In this document: one piece after another, positions 59,057 through 64,000 of the stretch
How the letters are laid out: the number at the start of each line of letters is the position of its first letter
Position numbering within the stretch: position 1 is the stretch's first letter
NCBI GenBank assembly: GCA_964016885.1
Contig: OZ024741.1
Coordinates: 147,622,001 to 147,686,000 of the forward strand
Length of the DNA: 64,000 nt
Origin: Eledone cirrhosa
Lineage: Eukaryota
Direction of reading: 5' to 3'
The notes under the pieces: model-generated
The model's database searches: none
Seen by the model: the letters and a program-made list of their open reading frames with translations, nothing else
What the model was told of the DNA's origin: nothing
Made by a program: the position numbers and the translations under genes

Positions 59057-59534
59057 GATCAGGGTGGCGTGTGGGTATGGTGTGGTGTGCGGTGGCCGGA
59101 AGCTGGGGAGTGCTCGACCGGAAGAGTGCTTGACCGGAAGGGTGCTTGGCCGGAAGGGTGTTCGACCGGAAGGAAAAGCAGGTCGGCCTCTCTCTGGCGG
59201 TGATCTGGAACGTGGTGGACGCGAGTTTTGCAGCTCCGAGTTAACGAGTTGCATTGGACGCACGTGGAAGAGGAGAAACCAGCCATGGGATTTAGCGGCG
59301 CCTATGAAAAGCGGTAAGTGAGATAGCTTTTTCTAACCACAGAAGGTACCCCGAAAACCCCATATCTTGTGAACCTGTGCTTCGATTTACATGAAACTTG
59401 TTTTATTCCATTTGTATTCCCATTTCAGGGGCAACTTCCTTTCAAAGTATTTTCCCATTATGTGCCCTTTTGACTGTATTACATTACAGACAAGCAAGCA
59501 AGCAAGCAAGTAAGCACATACTTTTAGTAATATA

Positions 59535-59715
59535 CTAGACTACCCGTGACCCGTTGGGTCATGTTCACTTAAAAATAATTTTTAAATAATTAAAATATAC
59601 ACAAAATGTATATAATGTAAAATGACATTGGAAAGCCAATATATATATATACGTGTATGTGTGTGTGTATATGTACGTGTGTGTATATGTATGTGTATAT
59701 GTACGTGTATATGTA
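59535..59715 (-). mobile_element. 3' end of a second Helitron of the 53313 family
   Basis: CTAG at 59535; hairpin tgaccc-gtt-gggtca (59547-59561); about 110 bp homologous to 53313-53420. Confidence 0.75.
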
Positions 59716-59747
59716 CTTCGTATTATTAATTTTTCTTAATATTAATC

Positions 59748-59795
59748 AACATTTGAAAAGATGGCTTTTGCAGACCCATCGAAACCGGTCATTTT
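59748..59795 (+). ncRNA. type I hammerhead with U3-A8 core (GUC site)
   Basis: aacat-TTGAAAA-gatgg-cttttgcagac-ccatc-GAAA-ccgg-TC-atttt; stem I has one mismatch. Confidence 0.65.
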
Positions 59796-59964
59796 TTATA
59801 CCCTTTATTATTTCCTTACCTTATAAAATTATGTTTTTTCACAAAAAAGTATTCTGTCTCTTATATATTCCATGTGCCATTACCAACCTCAATTTTCTCT
59901 ATAACCTTCGTTTTGTGTAGAAAATTACACTTTTCATATATACTAACCTACGCAAATCCGGAAA

Positions 59965-61236
59965 ATGGCACTGGAACAAGACAACACAACTTCAAACTCC
60001 AATATAAATGAGGAAATCCTGAAAATCCTAAAAGAGATAAATGGAAAACTCACCATTCTGACAAAAAAACAGGATATACCCCAAACCACCACACCGACTG
60101 ACAACCAAATTTATTTAAACGTTCAAAACGTATGCAACTCCATCGAAAAACTTATGAATACCAACACAGAACAAACGACATTGCTCCATATCAAAAACCA
60201 AATGGGACACCTCTGGAAAAAACATCTAAAAACCAGAAAATTTACTTTCTGGAATATGATAAAAAACCTCAACAAAGCTGGAATTTACCAAAAATGGATT
60301 AACTCAACACCGATAGTTTTACCACGTAAATTCCAAATAAAGCATATTACAAACGAACCTGAACCAGAAAGAAAACTCCGTGAACAAATGTCACTCAACA
60401 GGATAAACATGGAAATAGAACTCCTAAAATTAAGGGCCACCTCAAACAAGCAAGAGTATAAGGATACTGATAAAAATATGGAGGAAGAATGCACTAAAAA
60501 GGCCGAGGGAATAACCCTACAAAATTTAATCAAATCGTGGAAACAGGACTGCGAGAATGCAGAAACTATTTCCCTTAAACGGTGGGAAAAATCCGAAAAC
60601 TGGTTCCTCAAATATGAAGAAGACTTTAAAAGGACGCACCAAACAGGTAACCCCTTTATAAAGCATTTGAACATAACAAGAACTACAACAGACACATTTA
60701 CACCACCAAACCCAACACACACTAACCACAGGCACATCCCCCACCAACACAAACCAAATACGGCCAACTACACCAAAAGAAACACACCCAACCACCACAA
60801 CACAGGTTTCCGTAGAAATGCCCCCTACATAAACCAACGACGAAATAACATAGATCCAACTCACAACACACACACCACATTCCTCAGAAGAAATTCACCC
60901 AGACCACTTGAAATCACAACAGAACTTACCCACAACCACACCAGACATCACCCTCAATCCAACAAAAGACAACCCCCCAACCTCAACACTCTGTACCACA
61001 GAAATAACGCACCCAGACCACATGAACCAACAACAGAACCCTTGCTCATCAACAACCACAACACATACCACCCCCACCATCACATTCACCCTCATGAAAC
61101 AAGAAGCTACAGACCCACACGCAACAGACCAACAAAATATAATCACACACAAAACTACATTCCTTTTTTAGGGAAAAGCCTGAAATCCCAGGATACTCGA
61201 TGCCCCCCCCCCCCCCTCAGGAGAAACCAAAAATAA
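59965..61236 (+). CDS. PLE ORF1, 423 aa: coiled-coil-like N half, His/Asn/Arg/Pro-rich disordered C half
   Basis: Long ATG-started ORF with heptad-like EEILKILKEINGKL and NMEIELLKLRA segments, directly upstream of the RT ORF. Confidence 0.75.
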   Translation: MALEQDNTTSNSNINEEILKILKEINGKLTILTKKQDIPQTTTPTDNQIYLNVQNVCNSIEKLMNTNTEQTTLLHIKNQMGHLWKKHLKTRKFTFWNMIKNLNKAGIYQKWINSTPIVLPRKFQIKHITNEPEPERKLREQMSLNRINMEIELLKLRATSNKQEYKDTDKNMEEECTKKAEGITLQNLIKSWKQDCENAETISLKRWEKSENWFLKYEEDFKRTHQTGNPFIKHLNITRTTTDTFTPPNPTHTNHRHIPHQHKPNTANYTKRNTPNHHNTGFRRNAPYINQRRNNIDPTHNTHTTFLRRNSPRPLEITTELTHNHTRHHPQSNKRQPPNLNTLYHRNNAPRPHEPTTEPLLINNHNTYHPHHHIHPHETRSYRPTRNRPTKYNHTQNYIPFLGKSLKSQDTRCPPPPLRRNQK

Positions 61237-63482
61237 TCAACCTCTCAAAGACACCTCTAACCAACACACAAATCAACATTTTAAGTAAGGGCCTGAAATT
61301 TACACCTACACCACGTAAACCAAACTTCCCCGAAATGAAGGATGACATCATGGAATACTGCCGAAAGCTGCGATTAACGGAATTCTTCCACAACGACACC
61401 AACACTGAAGACGAATCACTGGTTAGAAATAAAAGCAATTTCTGCCCACAAAATGGAAGAAATAAAGCACTGGACACGTACTGCGAACACATCACCAACT
61501 TTCCCTATGAAAAAATTACAAATAAACACACGAAATCAAACCTATCTACACACGAATGGGAAGAATTATTCACACTTAGAAACAACCCTGAGATAACTAT
61601 CAAAGAAGCCGATAAAGGCAGTACTGTTGTCATTATGAATACGGACTACTATAGGACCCTCGCACTTAACATTTTAGAAAACAACACATACTATGAAAAA
61701 ACAGAAAACTACAAACACACCAAAACAATGGGGAACCTTTTGACCTTACTGAATAAATACCGCAACAGCTTAACCACAAAAGAGTTTAACTATATAAGCC
61801 ACTTCAAATGCAATACAAGCTCTTTTTACGGCTTACCGAAACTCCACAAATGTAAACCCATAAACGATGCATGTGACACCTCAACCAACAATTACATTGA
61901 ACTAACACCACCAGAAGACCTAAAACTCAGGCCAATTATAGCAGGCCCTACATGTGAAACCCACAGACTTAGCAACTTTCTGGACATCCTACTGAAACCC
62001 TTTCTACAACATATACAGAGCTACATACGAGATGACCTTGACATGCTGAAACACCTCCCTAAAACAGTAAGTGCAAATACAATTCTTGTCTCCTTTGACG
62101 TAATAAACCTCTACACAAACATACCTCACAGCTATGGAATAACAGCAGTCCAATACTGGCTTAACACACACCCATCAGAAATACCGACACGCATCAACAC
62201 AGATTTTATCACTGACGGACTCCGCTTTATCCTACAAAATAACTACTTCACATTCAATGGTTCAACATACAGACAAGTATCAGGTACGGCAATGGGCACG
62301 AAAGTAGCACCCACATATGCCAACCTAGTCATGGGATTCCATGAACAACAAATATACAGTCAGTCCCTTCTCTTATTTGGAGACTCTTTCCACACACACC
62401 TCAAAGCCAATTGGAAAAGATATCTAGACGACTGCTTTATCCTATGGCAAGAAGACATGAACTCACTTACTACGTTTAAAAACATGATAAACAACATAGA
62501 TAATAACATACAATTCACAATGGAATCCAATCCTAAGGAATTAGCCTTCTTGGATATTCTCATCTCTGTAATAGACGGGAAATTAGATACAGATATATTC
62601 TATAAACCCACAGATTCCAAGCAATACCTCTTTTTCACATCAAGTCACCCAAAACATACAAAACTTAACATTCCTTACAATTTGGCCAAACGTATATGTA
62701 CCATAGTATCAGATCCATCTAAACGGGAGCAAAGACTAAAGGAACTAAAAGACACCCTTATCTTAAGAGCCTTTCCACTTGAAATAATCAACAATGGAAT
62801 AGACAGGGAAAAACACCTAAATCCCCATCAACTTAACAATCCAAAACAGAAAACCACACTCAACACCCTGCCATATGTATCCACTTTCAACCCCAGAAAT
62901 ACCGAAATGTTTGATCACCTACAGAAAAACCTCCCCATCCTACTTAAAGATGTAAAAATGAAGTCTATTCTTGAAACACACAAGATCCTTAAAAGTAAAG
63001 GACAACCCAAATCACTTAAACGCATTCTCACTGGACCAAATATACCCAAACCAATCCTCAACCCTACAGTTACCAAATGTGGTAGAACAAACTGTGGAAC
63101 GTGCCTCTACCTCACTGAAGGACAAACATTTACATTCAAAGATGGCCAAACATTTACAGTAAAAAACAATTTCACCTGCAACTCGGAGAACTTGATTTAC
63201 GCAATAACTTGCGGTGGGTGCAAACACAACTACATAGGACAGACGGGCACCTCATTACGCAAAAGAATGACCATCCACCGCCAACAAATCCGGGACGCTA
63301 ACACAAGAAAAATCCCCTTGAGCAGCCATATTGCGAACTGCGCAGGAATGACACTACCCAACTTTAAAATCTTCCCCTTCTACAAGTGCTCAGATTCGTT
63401 CACACAGCAACAAAGAATAAACAAAGAAAATCTATTCCTTAACAAATTTAAACCAAAACTAAACGGGTTATCACCCCAATAG
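61200..63482 (+). CDS. PLE reverse transcriptase - GIY-YIG endonuclease (760 aa, open)
   Basis: LSKGLKFTPTP, ADKGS, FYGLPKLHK, LRPII, SFDVINLYTNIP, GTAMGT, RYLDD, FLDI, CGRTNCGTC linker, LIYAITC..C..YIGQT, R...H. Confidence 0.95.
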   Translation: MPPPPPQEKPKIINLSKTPLTNTQINILSKGLKFTPTPRKPNFPEMKDDIMEYCRKLRLTEFFHNDTNTEDESLVRNKSNFCPQNGRNKALDTYCEHITNFPYEKITNKHTKSNLSTHEWEELFTLRNNPEITIKEADKGSTVVIMNTDYYRTLALNILENNTYYEKTENYKHTKTMGNLLTLLNKYRNSLTTKEFNYISHFKCNTSSFYGLPKLHKCKPINDACDTSTNNYIELTPPEDLKLRPIIAGPTCETHRLSNFLDILLKPFLQHIQSYIRDDLDMLKHLPKTVSANTILVSFDVINLYTNIPHSYGITAVQYWLNTHPSEIPTRINTDFITDGLRFILQNNYFTFNGSTYRQVSGTAMGTKVAPTYANLVMGFHEQQIYSQSLLLFGDSFHTHLKANWKRYLDDCFILWQEDMNSLTTFKNMINNIDNNIQFTMESNPKELAFLDILISVIDGKLDTDIFYKPTDSKQYLFFTSSHPKHTKLNIPYNLAKRICTIVSDPSKREQRLKELKDTLILRAFPLEIINNGIDREKHLNPHQLNNPKQKTTLNTLPYVSTFNPRNTEMFDHLQKNLPILLKDVKMKSILETHKILKSKGQPKSLKRILTGPNIPKPILNPTVTKCGRTNCGTCLYLTEGQTFTFKDGQTFTVKNNFTCNSENLIYAITCGGCKHNYIGQTGTSLRKRMTIHRQQIRDANTRKIPLSSHIANCAGMTLPNFKIFPFYKCSDSFTQQQRINKENLFLNKFKPKLNGLSPQ

Positions 63483-64000
63483 AATTGTCATAAAATATAA
63501 ACACACATACGCACGGAGTGACAGATATATGTGTTTGTATGTGTGCATGTATATAATTATCACTACTATTAAAGACCAGAGACCAATTCTGTAGAATCAG
63601 GTTTATTCGTTGACAGATCATGCCTTTGTGTGACCAACACATCCATGTTAAACCCTGCACGTGCACACACATATATCTATATATATATGCGCACACAGAA
63701 TTCACCACTGTCGGTTGCGGCGCCCAATCTACATGAAGAACTCAATGTGATCAGAATGACTTGTATTTTAATTTCACTGTCCCAACTTCTTATATTATGG
63801 AAAAAATATGTGTCTGTATGTATATATATATATATATTTGGAGGCCATTTCTCTGTGTGTGGGTGTATGTATGTGTATATATGTGTGTGTGTGTATGTGT
63901 GTGCATGTGGATGTATGTATTGTGTATGCGTGTGTGTGTGTGTGTGTATGTATGTGTGTATCTGGATGTATGCGTATGTGTATATATATATATATATATG

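Larger units (their letters stand above)
55102..59341 (+). mobile_element. full-length compact Ty3/Gypsy LTR retrotransposon (4.24 kb)
   Basis: LTRs 55102-55375 and 59070-59341 with TGTGG...CCACA ends; 5-bp TSD GAAGG; purine-rich tract gagatcagggtggcg before the 3' LTR. Confidence 0.95.
53313..59534 (-). mobile_element. non-autonomous Helitron hosting PLE fragments and the Gypsy element
   Basis: 3' end CTAG (53313) with tgacc/ggtca hairpin, homologous to 59535-59640; minus-strand 5'-like tatattactaaaag-(cttg)n at 59490-59534. Confidence 0.55.
59716..63482 (+). mobile_element. Neptune-type PLE, near intact: 5' terminal repeat with HHR, ORF1, ORF2; no 3' terminal repeat seen
   Basis: HHR at 59748 and two long overlapping ORFs; homologous to 42226-45690. 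Confidence 0.9.

Noticed and set aside
57509-61152. Minus-strand ORFs of 100-208 aa over Gypsy pol and PLE ORF1
   Set aside because: Antisense shadows of compositionally skewed coding sequence.

Overview
AT-rich eukaryotic DNA packed with microsatellites and transposons. The SINE and LINE families and the (TA)n/(TG)n density suggest a cephalopod (Octopus-like) genome; that is an inference. No host gene can be confidently called. The window is dominated by Penelope-like retroelements (PLEs) inserted into (TA)n tracts: one near-intact two-ORF Neptune-type copy (59716-63482), a decayed relative, two YRDD-type copies, and many short non-coding terminal pieces. Reading these termini by hand shows about ten type I hammerhead ribozyme (HHR) motifs. 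They include U3-A8 covariant cores, two non-coding ~0.5 kb HHR units whose repeat geometry fits a tandem or circular (retrozyme-like) template, and a family of near-perfect palindromes that look like fold-backs centred on a hammerhead stem II. The near-intact PLE has an HIV-like U_UUU_UUA_GGG slippery site at its ORF1/ORF2 overlap. Also present are a full-length Gypsy LTR element (TSD, -1 frameshift signal), a decayed Gypsy with an inverted protease segment, RTE/CRE/Tx1-like LINE fragments, non-autonomous Helitrons (two abutting), a 7.9 kb hAT shell with nested cargo, piggyBac and hAT MITEs, and tRNA-derived SINEs. All structures were read by eye; no folding or database search was run.
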